Below are positions 1 through 12,421 of a stretch of DNA of 64,000 bases, piece after piece. Under the pieces are notes generated by a model. It made no database searches and was not told the DNA's origin. It saw only the letters and a program-made list of their open reading frames with translations. Within the stretch, counting starts at the first letter, position 1, and every line of letters begins with the position of its first letter. This stretch comes from Tubiluchus corallicola (taxonomy: Eukaryota > Animalia > Priapulida), in the NCBI GenBank assembly GCA_030141605.1, contig JAQGDQ010000551.1, positions 1-64,000 on the forward strand, given 5' to 3'. Both the position numbers and the translations under genes were made by a program.

Positions 1-1716
1 CTGTCAGCACAGTGCATTGTTTCTGTCATACTTACAACAATGTTCCTCACCACTGCTCTCAGTACAGTGCATTGTTTCTGTCATACTTACAACAATGTTC
101 CTCACCACTGCTCTCAGTACAGAGCATTGTTTCTGTCATAGTTACAACAATATTCCTCATCACTGCTCTCAGTACAGTGCATTGTTTCTGCCATACTTAC
201 AACAATGTTCCTCATCACTGCTGTCAGCACAGTGCATTGTTTCTGTCATACTTACAACAATATTCCTCATCACTGCTGTCAGCACAGTGCATTGTTTCTG
301 CCATACTTACAACAATATTCCTCATCACTGCTGTCAGCACAGTGCATTGTTTCTGCCATACTTACAACAATATTCTTCATCACTGCTGTCAGCACAGTGC
401 ATTATTTCTGTCATAGTTACAACAATATTCCTCATCAATGCTGTCAGCACAGTGCATTGTTTCTACCGTACTTACAACAATATTCCTCATCACTGCTGTC
501 AGCACAGTGCATTGTTTCTGCCATACTTACAACAATATTCCTCATCACTGCTGTCAGCACAGTGCATTGTTTCTGCCATACTTACAACAATATTCTTCAT
601 CACTGCTGTCAGCACAGTGCATTGTTTCTGCCACACTTACAACAATATTCCTCATCACTGCTGTCAGTACAGTGCATTGTTTCTGCCATACTTACAACAA
701 TATTCCTCATCACTGCTGTCAGCACAGTGCATTGTTTCTGCCGTACTTACAACAATATTCCTCATCACTGCTGTCAGCACAGTGCATTGTTTCTGCCATA
801 CTTACAACAATATTCCTCACCACTGCTGTCAGCACAGTGCATTGTTTCTGCCGTACTTACAACAATAGTCCTCATCACTGCTGTCAGCACAGTGCATTGT
901 TTCTGCCGTACTTACAACAATCTTCCTCATCACTGCTGTCAGCACAGTGCATTGTTTCTGCCATACTTACAACAATGTTCTTCATCACTGCTCTCAGCAC
1001 AGTGCATTGTTTCTGCCATACTTACAACAATATTCCTCACCACTGCTGTCAGCACAGTGCATTGTTTCTGCCGTACTTACAACAATAGTCCTCATCACTG
1101 CTGCTAGCACAGTGCATTGTTTCTGCCATACTTACAACAATATTCCTCATCACTGCTGTCAGCACAGTGCATTGTTTCTGCCATACTTACAACAATGTTC
1201 CTCGTCACTGCTGTCAGCACAGTGCATTGTTTCTGCCGTACTTACAACAATCTTCCTCATCACTGCTGTCAGCACAGTGCATTGTTTCTGCCATACTTAC
1301 AACAATGTTCTTCATCACTGCTCTCAGCACAGTGCATTGTTTCTGCCATACTTACAACAATATTCCTCACCACTGCTGTCAGCACAGTGCATTGTTTCTG
1401 CCATACTTACAACAATGTTCCTCGTCACTGCTGTCAGCACAGTGCATTGTTTCTGCCGTACTTACAACAATCTTCCTCATCACTGCTGTCAGCACAGTGC
1501 ATTGTTTCTGCCATACTTACAACAATGTTCTTCATCACTGCTCTCAGCACAGTGCATTGTTTCTACCATACTTACAACAATGTTCCTCATCACTGCTGTC
1601 AGCACAGTGCATTGTTTCTGCCATACTTACAACAATGTTCCTCGTCACTGCTGTCAGCACAGTGCATTGTTTCTGCCATACTTACAACAATATTCCTCAT
1701 CACTGCTGTCAGCACA
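1..1716. repeat. 55-bp minisatellite (~31 copies, runs off the left edge)
   Basis: Unit ctgtcagcacagtgcattgtttctgccatacttacaacaatattcctcatcactg. Its reverse complement equals the last ~31 nt of gene A exon 6 plus the GTAAGT donor and the start of the intron. Confidence 0.97.
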
Positions 1717-1820
1717 ATCTCGCTTCCCATTGCAGTACTCGCTGGCAGCGGCGCAATCTCCATTCAAACATGGAAATCCGTCAGGATCGCAAATCATAGA
1801 TGGCGGGAGCGTCGTGGTGA
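1686..1820 (-). CDS. Gene A exon 6: LDL-receptor class A repeat
   Basis: ttttccag| (V)TTTLPPSMICDPDGFPCLNGDCAAASEYCNGKRDCADSSDEEYC |gtaagt. Six Cys and the DxSDE motif. Missed by the ORF track. Confidence 0.93.
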
Positions 1821-2189
1821 CTGGAAAAGAAAAAATAATTAAAACAGCTAGTATTTAATGAACATAGCCACCCGCTAGAAGCATAATTTAATGTTAAGAC
1901 GAGACAAGAGATATACTACTGAATCACGAACCAAAAACTATGGCATGTTACAGTATTACTGTATTACTAAGTTTCATCATTTGGTCAAAAAATGGGTGTT
2001 CGAAATCTCCTCATCTAATTAACCCAAATTTAGCCTTTATTAACTGATTTCTAATTTCAGTAATTTAACTGTAGTAGTGCTTGGTCGATTTGACTCGGTG
2101 TGTGTTGTAGCTAGAACTTCCCAAAAAGACCCTTTTCAAAATTTTTGTTAAAATTTCGCGTTTATCAAGCGTAAATTACCGTTTGCTAC

Positions 2190-2427
2190 CTTTTGGATTC
2201 GTGTGTGAATACTGAATCAGGAATCCGCTCTCTGTGATGAACCTGTTAGTGGTGAAGTGAAGGAACATGTCCGGACTACTTGATGTGATCCGTCCCGGCA
2301 GATCGAAGCCGCAGAGAGAAGCGACGATGGGGGCGCTAGCATCTGGGCCGTCATAGATATTGAGAACATCGTTTTCGCACATATAGTGATGTTCAACGGC
2401 GAATTGTAGAAAGTCCAATGAAACCCC
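2190..2427 (-). CDS. Gene A exon 5: CUB2 C-terminal half
   Basis: cttgcag| GVSLDFLQFAVEHHYMCENDVLNIYDGPDASAPIVASLCGFDLPGRITSSSPDMFLHFTTNRFITESGFLIQY... 238 nt, the same length as gene B exon 5. The donor (gtagca) is weak. Confidence 0.9.
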
Positions 2428-3106
2428 CTGCAAGAAAAGAACAATCATTTCTAGAATACAAGGAAACCACACTAGTTTTAGTTTAAACATTGTTTATTTG
2501 GTTCAGATTAGACAGTTTTCAGAATTGATACACTATAATGCTTTTAGAGGTCTCTAGGACGAAGCAGCCGCAGAGTAATCAGTCGGATCAGTTTGTTTAT
2601 CTGTGTGTTTCCAGTACGCATGCGTGGAAGCATCTGACTGACCTTCTAGCTTGGTCCTGGTTGGAATTTTACAGGTAACGTAGGTATGGAGGAGGTTAAT
2701 TGGTGTATTGATGATTCTGCTATAGGTCAGCAGTCAGCTTGTCAAGAATACTGTATAGGCTACAATCTTCAATGTTCAATGCAAGGTTCACTGCACATAA
2801 AAGGTTCATGCTGAGTGCTGAGTACACATAGGAAACCGTCTTGGAGCTTTTCATTGGCATCATTTCATCTCATCTTGGATGATACTTTACGACCAAACAC
2901 AGAGTAAAGTAAAAACAGCGCAGGGCAGATGTATCTTTGGCTTAAATGCACATGTGGACTATCCACTGGTGATGCCAAATCTCTACATGTTAGTTTTTTA
3001 TTGTTTTGAAAATACGTGTTCTTTTAGATCGACTGTCGTTTGAAAATTACACAGGAGACGCACTGCTTCCTTTACGTGGCGGATAGACACTTTGGTCTTT
3101 CCAAAT

Positions 3107-4178
3107 GATGGAGACTATGATCATTGATGGAGACTATGATCATTGATGGAGACTATGATCATTAATGAAGACTATGATCATTGATGGAGACTATGATCAT
3201 TGATGGAGACTATGATCATTGATGGAGACTATGATCATTGATGGAGACTATGATCATTGATGGAGACTATGATCATTGATGGAGACTATGATCATTATGG
3301 TTGTTTTGGTTGTTTTGGTGTTTGTGGGTTGTTTGTGGGTTGTTTATGAGACTATGATCATTGATGGAGACTATGATCATTGATGGAGACTATGATCATT
3401 GATGGAGACTATGATCATTGATGGAGACTATGATCATTGATGGAGACTATGATCATTGATGGAGACTATGATCATTGATGGAGACTATGATCATTGATGG
3501 AGATTATGATCATTGATGGAGACTATGATCATTGATGGAGACTATGATCATTGATGGAGACTATGATCATTGATGGAGACTATGATCATTGATGGAGACT
3601 ATGATCATTGATGAGTTTGTTTGTGGAGACTATGATCATTGATGGAGATTATGATCATTGATGGAGACTATGATCATTGATGGAGACTATGATCATTGAT
3701 GGAGACTATGATCATTAATGAAGACTATGATCATTGATGGAGACTATGATCATTGATGGAGACTATGATCATTGATGAAGACTATGATCATTGATGGAGA
3801 CTATGATCATTGATGGAGACTATGATCATTGATGGAGACTATGATCATTGATGGAGACTATGATCATTGATGGAGACTATGATCATTGATGGAGACTATG
3901 ATCATTGATGGAGACTATGATCATTGATGGAGACTATGATCATTGATGGAGATTATGATCATTGATGGAGACTATGATCATTGATGGAGACTATGATCAT
4001 TGATGGAGACTATGATCATTGATGGAGACTATGATCATTGATGGAGACTATGATCATTGATGGAGACTATGATCATTGATGGAGACTATGATCATTAATG
4101 GAGATTATGATCATTGATGGAGACTATGATCATTGATGGAGACTATGATCATTGATGGAGACTATGATTAGTGATGGA
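3107..4178. repeat. 19-bp minisatellite in gene A intron
   Basis: Unit gatggagactatgatcatt with palindromic core ATGATCAT, ~50 copies. GT-rich interruptions at ~3297-3348 and ~3613-3625. Confidence 0.95.
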
Positions 4179-5920
4179 AATAAGGTAAGGAAGGTAAGGC
4201 AGTAACGGAAATAATGAAACTATATGATACTTTTTTTATCTAAATCAACATTCAAAATTTAGCAATCTGTTCATATCCTACTGTTGTCAACAAATGAGTC
4301 TTATAAATTTAGTTCTTCATTTTAGTTGAATGTTATATTTGTCAGACTTTCTATATTTTAACTATCTTGTAATCACTTCATTCATTGTAAGAATGTGATT
4401 TTATCTGTGTGAGACTTTTTTAACTATCTGACATGATTTTGTTGTAATCACTTCATTCATTGTAGCCTGTGTTTTTATCTGCGTAACCATTTTGACTCAT
4501 CGTTACCTATATTGTTTTTAATTTGAACTAACTCTTTATAACTTTGCATGTGATGTATTATTAATATGCTTTACGCTTGTTAGTCAATAAATTCAGTTCA
4601 ATTTAAATGACAAGTTTTCTAATTAAATGTAACAAGATCACAAGCTCAGTGGTGCAAAAAACACCGAATGAAAACGTTTTCCATCTATTTGAGTAGTAAT
4701 TGGAAACCATCACCAGTAAAAGACAAAACACTTATTTTTTTATAAATAAGCGGTGTAAAATAGTAATGATTCACAGCAGTCGGGGTCAGCATGAAGGGCA
4801 ATGCACAGTTCGTTTAGCCCCGCCCGATTTGATGACGTAACACACATTCTCACAAAGTCCCTTACTGCAAGTGCTTAAAAGAAGACCAGACGATTGTTTA
4901 GACTCAATCTCTTTTTAACTTACTGTCCAAAATATACATTTTCTTGCCCAGAAAAGTTAACAATTATTTCTCATATTTGAATAATTAGCTTAGAAAGTTA
5001 AATAACGGCAACACAGCTATCGCTGTTTGTTATGTTTGTGCAATTACAGTTTGTGCAATGGCTGGTGTCTTCTCTAGCGCAGCAAGTACATTTGCATACT
5101 GTTTAAAAGCATGATGTCACAAAAAATGGGCTTTGCATCATATGACGTCAGAAACTAGCTACGAAACTTGTAAATAAGCTTAAAAACATGGAAAAATTTG
5201 GTCCTAGTAATTTGGTACGAGAAAATTTTGGTATCAGGAAAATTTGTTGCTAGGAATTTTTAGAACAGTGAAATTTTAGCACTAGGAAAATTGGGTACAG
5301 GGAAAACGTGGTACTGCTAAGATTTAATACGGTAGTGGCAAAGGGCGCAAGCATTTTTGGTACAAAGTAAAAATGGTACGAAACAGGTTTGGTGCTAGAA
5401 AAGTTTAGTACTGCAAAAGTTTGACTGGTACTAGGAAAATACAGTGCAGAGAAAATAAGGAAGGTATCTTTTATAAAATCTACAAAATGATCATACGTTT
5501 AAGATCATATTAAACATTATGGATTATCTGTCTTAAAGACCTATATAAGCAATTAGGGTTTATGCAACATAAGCTAATTACTAAGAGAAACTGTGAATAA
5601 CAATTAAGAGGTCTGTCAAATACTAGATGTTCAACCTTAATAAACCTTAATGCAATTAGTGGCATTTGGTAATCTCTTGTAGCAGCATAAAATAACGTCG
5701 CTTTTTAGATCAGATTAAATTTCAGTAAATTCCTCTTTAAGGGCTTTGGAGGTGTGAAATTTAAGATTAAATTCGCCCCCTCCCCATTAGGCATAAGACT
5801 GCTCTTACTCTATTCCGTCGCCCAACCGGTTAAAAATCCTTTTTTTCTACTTTTCTTTGTTGTTTTTCAATATTCTAAGATTTCCGTTAATTTAAACCTT
5901 CCACCATCTTTGTTACATAC

Positions 5921-6081
5921 CTTTCCAGCTGGTGCTTTCAATAACCACTGACAGTTCGCTAAATTGAAGTAGTTACTGGGATATAACGGTGATGTTAGAA
6001 GCCCGTTCTCGTCCTGACTTATCCACACGGATCCGTAACAACCGGGCCAGCTTTCCGGATCCGGTGTCGGCGGTGTTTGTC
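5921..6081 (-). CDS. Gene A exon 4: Pro/Thr linker + CUB2 N-terminal half
   Basis: ttttccag| (G)QTPPTPDPESWPGCYGSVWISQDENGLLTSPLYPSNYFNLANCQWLLKAPAGK |gtatgt. Confidence 0.92.
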
Positions 6082-6226
6082 CTGGAAAAACACAAGCAAG
6101 ACAATTTACAAACAATTGGATGGAGCGAAAGAGAATATGATAAATATGTCTTATGGAATAAGACAATGCAAATCTATTTAATGCTCTGAATTGGACACAT
6201 TTACAGGCCTATCCCTTGGTGGAGGG

Positions 6227-6280
<54 letters not shown>

Positions 6281-6309
6281 TATTATTATCATTATTATTA
6301 TTATTATTA

Positions 6310-6400
<91 letters not shown>

Positions 6401-6438
6401 TACTACTAGTACTACTACTACTACTACTACTATTATTA
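6227..6438. repeat. (ATT)n/(ACT)n microsatellite
   Basis: Direct inspection. Confidence 0.95.
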
Positions 6439-6856
6439 TAAATGTTTTATTCAGAAAAATACTTTAAGTACATCACAAACTAAACCCTCTAATTGCAGGA
6501 CAAACGTATGCATCTTATAAATATGTTATGTTAAGTTAGGATTGAGTGCATAGCATTCACTCTCAAAAGTTGTCCGAAACATTTTTGTTTCTTTTGTTCA
6601 TCTAATGTCGTTTTGTGAGCCTCGGGAAATGAAAGAAGTAGAAGAAAGAATGTGATTATATGAAAAAGGAAAGGAATAAAACATGTCGCGTGGAGCAGAA
6701 AGAGACAATGTGCTCAAAATAGTTTACAGGTATATAAAAGTGGGTTTTATAATACGTTTATATATTTACATTAATAACGGAAAATTTATATTTACGAAGC
6801 ACAATCTGAGCCAAAAAGTTTTGCTCAAAAGTAACTAAATAATTCCGTGAAATTAC

Positions 6857-7076
6857 CTAAGTCAAAGAAATAGTATTTGAAAGACCACCCTGATCTAGTG
6901 TTTGAGTAGTCTGTATGAAACACAAGCTGCACTTTGCCAGTAGCTACCGTAGCTTGTGGTATATCACTACCACAGTATTCTCCAATTAGATTACCAGATT
7001 CATAGACATGAAGGAAATCGTATTCACAGTTACTGTCATATTCCAGGTCAAAGTGGGTAAAACTGATCTGGACCGC
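6857..7076 (-). CDS. Gene A exon 3: CUB1 C-terminal half
   Basis: ttttcag| AVQISFTHFDLEYDSNCEYDFLHVYESGNLIGEYCGSDIPQATVATGKVQLVFHTDYSNTRSGWSFKYYFFDL |gtaatt. Missed by the ORF track. Confidence 0.92.
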
Positions 7077-7902
7077 CTGAAAAAATGTTCATAAAGGTTA
7101 TTGTTATTGTGTGTAGAAATGTGTATATGGTGAGGCCATTGTTTAAAGGAAGACAGGATGAATTTTCATATACACCATTTTCAAGCATAGTAACAAGTAT
7201 ACATTTTAACATCAATAATACTGCAAAAGCGTTTCTGATAATTAAATAATAGATTAAAAACTTAATTAACGGCGGGCGAGCCCAGCTATTGATGACATCA
7301 CAAACTAATATAATTTTTAACAGCAAAAGTATTCCACGAGCGTGTGTGTTGCACGTGTTTGCTAAAGCGAAAATTGAAGTACTGCGCTACTGTAAGGTAT
7401 TCAGTGTGTTGTACTGAAACTAGGCAAGTTTTGAAATAAAAATTCAAAATTCAAATTTACTTTTGCACTCACGCATGAGCTGTCAAATGTGCGTAGTTCG
7501 TCAGAAACTAACGCATCTGAACTGAGAGGTACAACACCTGTTTCTTGTGCAATGCGTTTCCGAAATGCAGACGCTAGTGCCCGTCTAACTAGCGAATGGC
7601 GAAATGAATGTAACAGTGAAGAACTAGTGGTGCGAACGTGAAATTGTGTTTGTGTGGTAATAATTCTTTCACGTAAGTCATTTTTGAAAAAAACAGTATG
7701 TTTCCTTTCAATATTTTAAAGAGTAGATCGTATTGACCTACAGTTTAAGATTGGGTCCGATTTTGTTTTAACATGTATATTATTCGATTTTTTTTTAGTT
7801 TCATTTTGGTTTCACTTTTAGTTTGGCTAAACTATTTTTAGTTTCACTTTGATATGTAGTACCGAAAACAATAAGAATACAAACATTTAAACCATTAGTT
7901 AC

Positions 7903-8045
7903 CTCGGCAATACCAAGATCTAGTGTCCAAGTGCAGTCCAAATTATAAGGATAATTTCCTTCTCCAAAACCAGGTGATGATATGGTGCCCTCTCGCGGCG
8001 GTGGCGTAATTGTTATACCTCCATCACAAGCCAAAAGTGTTACAT
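7903..8045 (-). CDS. Gene A exon 2: CUB1 N-terminal half
   Basis: ttatgtag| (D)VTLLACDGGITITPPPREGTISSPGFGEGNYPYNLDCTWTLDLGIAE |gtaact. Confidence 0.92.
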
Positions 8046-8473
8046 CTACATAAGAAAAAACATGAGCAAGTCATAGCTGTGATGTAAATTATTTTAACAT
8101 CTTAAAATGAAAAAAGGTAAATTAAATAGTACATCAAGTTGATTACAATATTATAGGTAAAGAAAAAAGAAAAGCAAAATATGGTGCCTATGAAATGGAA
8201 ATAAATGTTATAATGGGCATAAATATGACAGTCTTAAACATAAAATAATAGTAAAATAATATTAATTTACCGAATAAAAATGATATTAAACTTAAATTAA
8301 TGAGAGATTTCAATAATTGAATTAATGTTGGATTTTCTAGTGCGTCTTGAAGTCCATCTTTGGAAAAACGGAAATACTTTCCATTGATGCTAATTTAAGT
8401 ACAGCATTTCATTCGCATACAGATAAATATCGAATAATATTCGTTAGTGTGTCTTAGTACAGAAAGTACATAC

Positions 8474-8552
8474 CTGATTCAATTACGTCACTAGATACAC
8501 AACAAACAGCAACAGCCAAAACAGTAAAAACTTTTCTACAAATGGCCAGCAT
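8474..8552 (-). CDS. Gene A exon 1: signal peptide
   Basis: ATG at 8552, MLAICRKVFTVLAVAVCCVSSDVIES |gtatgt. Phase 1, which fits exon 2. Confidence 0.82.
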
Positions 8553-9105
8553 TTTTATTCAGCTGAAAATGCTGCTGTCTGTACTGAAAAGAGCAGACCT
8601 CCTTTGTCTGGTCTGGAAATCAGAGCAGACCTCCTTTGTTTGGACTGGAAATCAGAGTTGATTTGGTAAATTTGCAAATGTCGGTAATGATGAAAGAACT
8701 ACTGAAAAATATAAAATACTGGCGGATCCTTGAGTAGTTTTGTATTGAAAATAAGTTTTATAAGTCATGGCAAATTGTTTCTTATTACAATTTGACTAAA
8801 GTTGCTAACTTCATTTTATTAGCAATAATTACCAATAATTTCAATAATAATTTTTCTAAAACGCTCATAGATTTGCCTTCTTAATTTTTTCTGAGCCACC
8901 TGCGCCAGTGGCGCCCCTATTAGGGATTAGCTAAACACATTCACGCCGGAGCGTGATTTTAATTAAAATAGCAGTTTGTATGTAAAATATTAGTATCATT
9001 TTTCAGTGTCTCATAAAATGTCATTTCACTTATTACCTTTACATATGATATGGGTCAGTAATCTTGATAAGGAGTGTTAGTCTAAAGTGTCAATAATAAT
9101 ATGCT

Positions 9106-10003
9106 AGTATTAGGCCATGAACATACAGTTGGCGATCATTCTCAGTGTACCACTATTAGACCATGCACATACAGTTAACGATCATTCTCAGTGTGCCACT
9201 ATTAGACCATGCACATACAGTTAACGATCATTCTCAGTGTGCCACTATTAGACCATGCACATACAGTTAGCGATCATTCTCAGTGTGCCACTATTAGACC
9301 ATGCACATACAGTTAGCGATCATTCTCAGTGTGCCACTATTAGACCATGCACATACAGTTAGCGATCATTCTCAGTGTGCCAGTATTAGGCCATGCACAT
9401 ACAGTTAGCGATCATTCTCAGTGTGCCACTGTTGGGCCATGCACATACAGTTAACGATCATTCTCAGTGTGCCACTATTAGACCATGCACATACAGTTAA
9501 CGATCATTCTCAGTGTGCCACTATTAGACCATGCACATACAGTTAACGATCATTCTCAGTGTGCCACTATTAGACCATGCACATACAGTTAGCGATCATT
9601 CTCAGTGGGCCACTATTAGACCATGCACATACAGTTAACGATCATTCTCAGTGTGCCACTATTAGACCATGCACATACAGTTAACGATCATTCTCAGTGT
9701 ACCAGTATTAGGCCATGCACATACAGTTAACGATCATTCTCAGTGTGCCACTATTAGACCATGCACATACAGTTAGCGATCATTCTCAGTGTACCAGTAT
9801 TAGGCCATGCACATACAGTTAACGATCATTCTCAGTGTGCCACTATTAGACCATGCACATACAGTTAGCGATCATTCTCAGTGTACCAGTATTAGGCCAT
9901 GCACATACAGTTAACGATCATTCTCAGTGTGCCACTATTAGACCATGCACATACAGTTAGCGATCATTCTCAGTGTACCAGTATTAGGCCATGCACATAC
10001 AGT
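9106..10003. repeat. 46-bp minisatellite (~19 copies) in the gene A/gene B intergenic spacer
   Basis: Unit ccatgcacatacagttaacgatcattctcagtgtgccactattaga. Confidence 0.95.
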
Positions 10004-10610
10004 TTCTCCCGCAATAATGTTCCGACCGCGCCATTACATGACGTCACATATGCACAACGTAAATTAGGGGAAGAAAACTAAATGTTAAATTATGTCCCAA
10101 AAAACATTCCACGCAAATTTATGTTACTCAGCATTTCGGTTAGCTGCTTGAAAGACTTATGTAACTAGAAATAATAATTTAAAATGTTCGTGCTAATGGG
10201 TAAAATGTCGCTGACTCACTCTCCAGGTACGCCACTCACTAACCAAAAACGTAATTTTAATCTTATTGACAAGATACTGTAATTTAGAATTTTACTTTGT
10301 TAGTGACGTGAGCGCTACGAATGCTCTCATTATTTTTTCAAACTTTACAAAATGTTATGTAAACTTGTTTCAAACGAACTATCATTAAAATGGCTGTGAC
10401 TAACGGCCATCGCGGGAGTTTAAATTACTAGTTTTATACAGAGTTACTGGCGACGCAAGCCTTGTATGCAAAAAGGCAGTACGTAAATGGTATAAAATTC
10501 CAGGACGAATTTTTTAAGTTTTATGTAAGCGGAGGATTTTCTTGTGCTTTAAAACAGCCAATACGTCAGTTAATTTATATATATATATTATGATTATGAT
10601 TATATATTAT
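10004..10610 (+). mobile_element. 5'-truncated copy of the Kolobok-like non-autonomous element, plus shared flank
   Basis: Collinear with 32277-32842 and carries the ...ttttcttgtgct-TTAA terminus. Confidence 0.75.
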
Positions 10611-10614
10611 TATA

Positions 10615-10985
10615 ATATATATATATATATATTAATTCTTTATTTGTCACTAAAATGGTTCACTCATTATAATAAAATTGAGTAATGTTAAAATAACAAC
10701 ACTGTTCAAAACAAATGCGTCTAATGCAGACTAAAAAAACTAAAGTGCAAAACTAAGGCCTAATTATGTACAATAAATGAACATATTTACAAACACCATA
10801 TTAAAACATTTTTACAAAACAATATTACGAAAGTACATTAAATTTTACATAACATATTTCAGACAATATACATGATATATTTTCGACATTTGACATGACA
10901 CGATTAACATAACACGCATTACATTACATAATTATTTAAAAAATTTTCATCTCTAATCTTTAATTTGAAAGTAGAAAAACGAAAA
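10615..10985 (-). mobile_element. LINE 3' end fragment (same family as 43310-43905)
   Basis: Reverse complement matches ~43640-43905, with AATAAA followed by a (TA)n tail. Confidence 0.7.
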
Positions 10986-11380
10986 AAAACAAGGATTGAA
11001 GTTAATCTTCGTACTCTGAGTGTAAATTTGCCCTAGTCGCAACTACACAACTCCTCTTATGAGCCAACTTTTGTTTAATCAAAGCTTAGTACTCGGCTTT
11101 TGCAAATATGTTCGTCCAAGTGATATCAGTCACATTTAAATGCTGTTTATTTCCAAACGACGGGTTACCTACTTCTCTGACAGAAGAAAAATGTCTATAG
11201 GTAAAAGTAATCCCATTTGATTAAGAACGTGTCTGTTCTAATACCACCATTGATAAAACAGAGAGATTAGAGGGCACTTCTTGGACCGGAGCTTCGTTGT
11301 GCTCCACTGTGCTCGTTTCTACCTGTCTGCTGGAGTACCTTTGTTGGGATACGAACCCATTTACTAACCAACTATAAAAT

Positions 11381-11435
11381 ATGTCGCTACGTGCTGTTCT
11401 ATTGTTTTTTGCTTGCGTTGGATTCATGTTTCAAG
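11381..11435 (+). CDS. Gene B exon 1: signal peptide
   Basis: MSLRAVLLFFACVGFMFQ(G) |gtaaac. Phase 1, which fits exon 2. Confidence 0.8.
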
Positions 11436-11624
11436 GTAAACTAGTTTTAATGGAACTACTTAATTATTGCGTCATTTATTTTTTCTACGAACAGAAATGG
11501 ATGTTCAAATCGTGAATTTTCAACAGTGAATATTTGTTAGTATTCAGTGAAAACACCGGAATGACAGTGTCAAGGAATAATTAGGTTTAAGTAGGAATAA
11601 TTAGGAATAATTAGATTATCTTCT

Positions 11625-12090
11625 TATTATTATTATGAGTTTATTTCGTATAAAAATATACAGTTTACAATGATAAAGATGTTAGTGAAACAGGTAATGC
11701 GATATTAGTAAAGTAACATATCTACAGACATTCAACTTTATAATAACCACACATTGTAGTACCCTTGTAATTATATTACATTATACAGTGTTGTAAGGAG
11801 CTATAATAGATATCTTAAAACATAATCTTTAAATGAGTTCTTAACCTTTAATTTTACATTTTCGTTTAGATCTACAGTACAACCATATTTAAATCTTAAA
11901 TTTACTTGACTGTTATTTATATAGTAGCATAGCTTTGGAATTCTCAATGTGCAAGAGTTTACAATTTTCCTCACAAAGTTTAATTTCGACTATCTATTTC
12001 GACGATTCGACTTATAATCAGTTGACTATTGTCGATTGTGCACAATATCTCACAAAATGGCGTTCTAAAACTCACCGTAACACACGCATT
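11625..12090 (-). mobile_element. Degraded LINE 3' end with (AAT)n tail
   Basis: The terminus atgagtttattt...taaaaat..acag..t.aa.gataa.gatgttagt.aa is shared with ~55264-55350. Confidence 0.45.
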
Positions 12091-12421
12091 GATTTTTAAA
12101 TAACGAAATTGCCAAGTTTTACATTTTTCAATGTAGTTATTTCAAGGAGTTGTAAAAACGAATGAGAAAGAGGATACGGAAGAGGATAAGGAGGGGGGGA
12201 AAGGAAGAGGGGAGGAGAAGGAGAATGAGGAAAACGAGGAGGATGAGGAAGAGTAGGAGCAGAAGGAGAAGGAAGGGAGAGAAGGTGAAGGGCTGCTTTT
12301 ATTATCATATTAGTGTTTATTATATTCTAAAGACATATTAGCATATTTTGACCAAGTCTAATTGTCTTCTGCGAAAACGTTGTTTTGCCAGTAAAAGTGC
12401 AACAAAATTAGAAAATGTCAG

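Larger units (their letters stand above)
1686..8552 (-). other. Gene A span: secreted CUB-CUB-LDLa protein, probably a modular serine protease whose 3' exons lie left of the window
   Basis: Six GT-AG exons join in frame: 8552-8474, 8045-7903, 7076-6857, 6081-5921, 2427-2190, 1820-1686. Intron phases 1,0,1,0,1,1 are identical to those of gene B. Confidence 0.88.

Noticed and set aside
12-1858. Overlapping plus-strand His/Cys-rich ORFs
   Set aside because: These are translations of the 55-bp array; the real coding information is the minus-strand LDLa exon.
3297-3348. GT-rich inserts interrupting the 19-bp array (spacer-like)
   Set aside because: Low-complexity and irregular. More likely base-calling or consensus error, or slippage, than spacers; no CRISPR or cas context.
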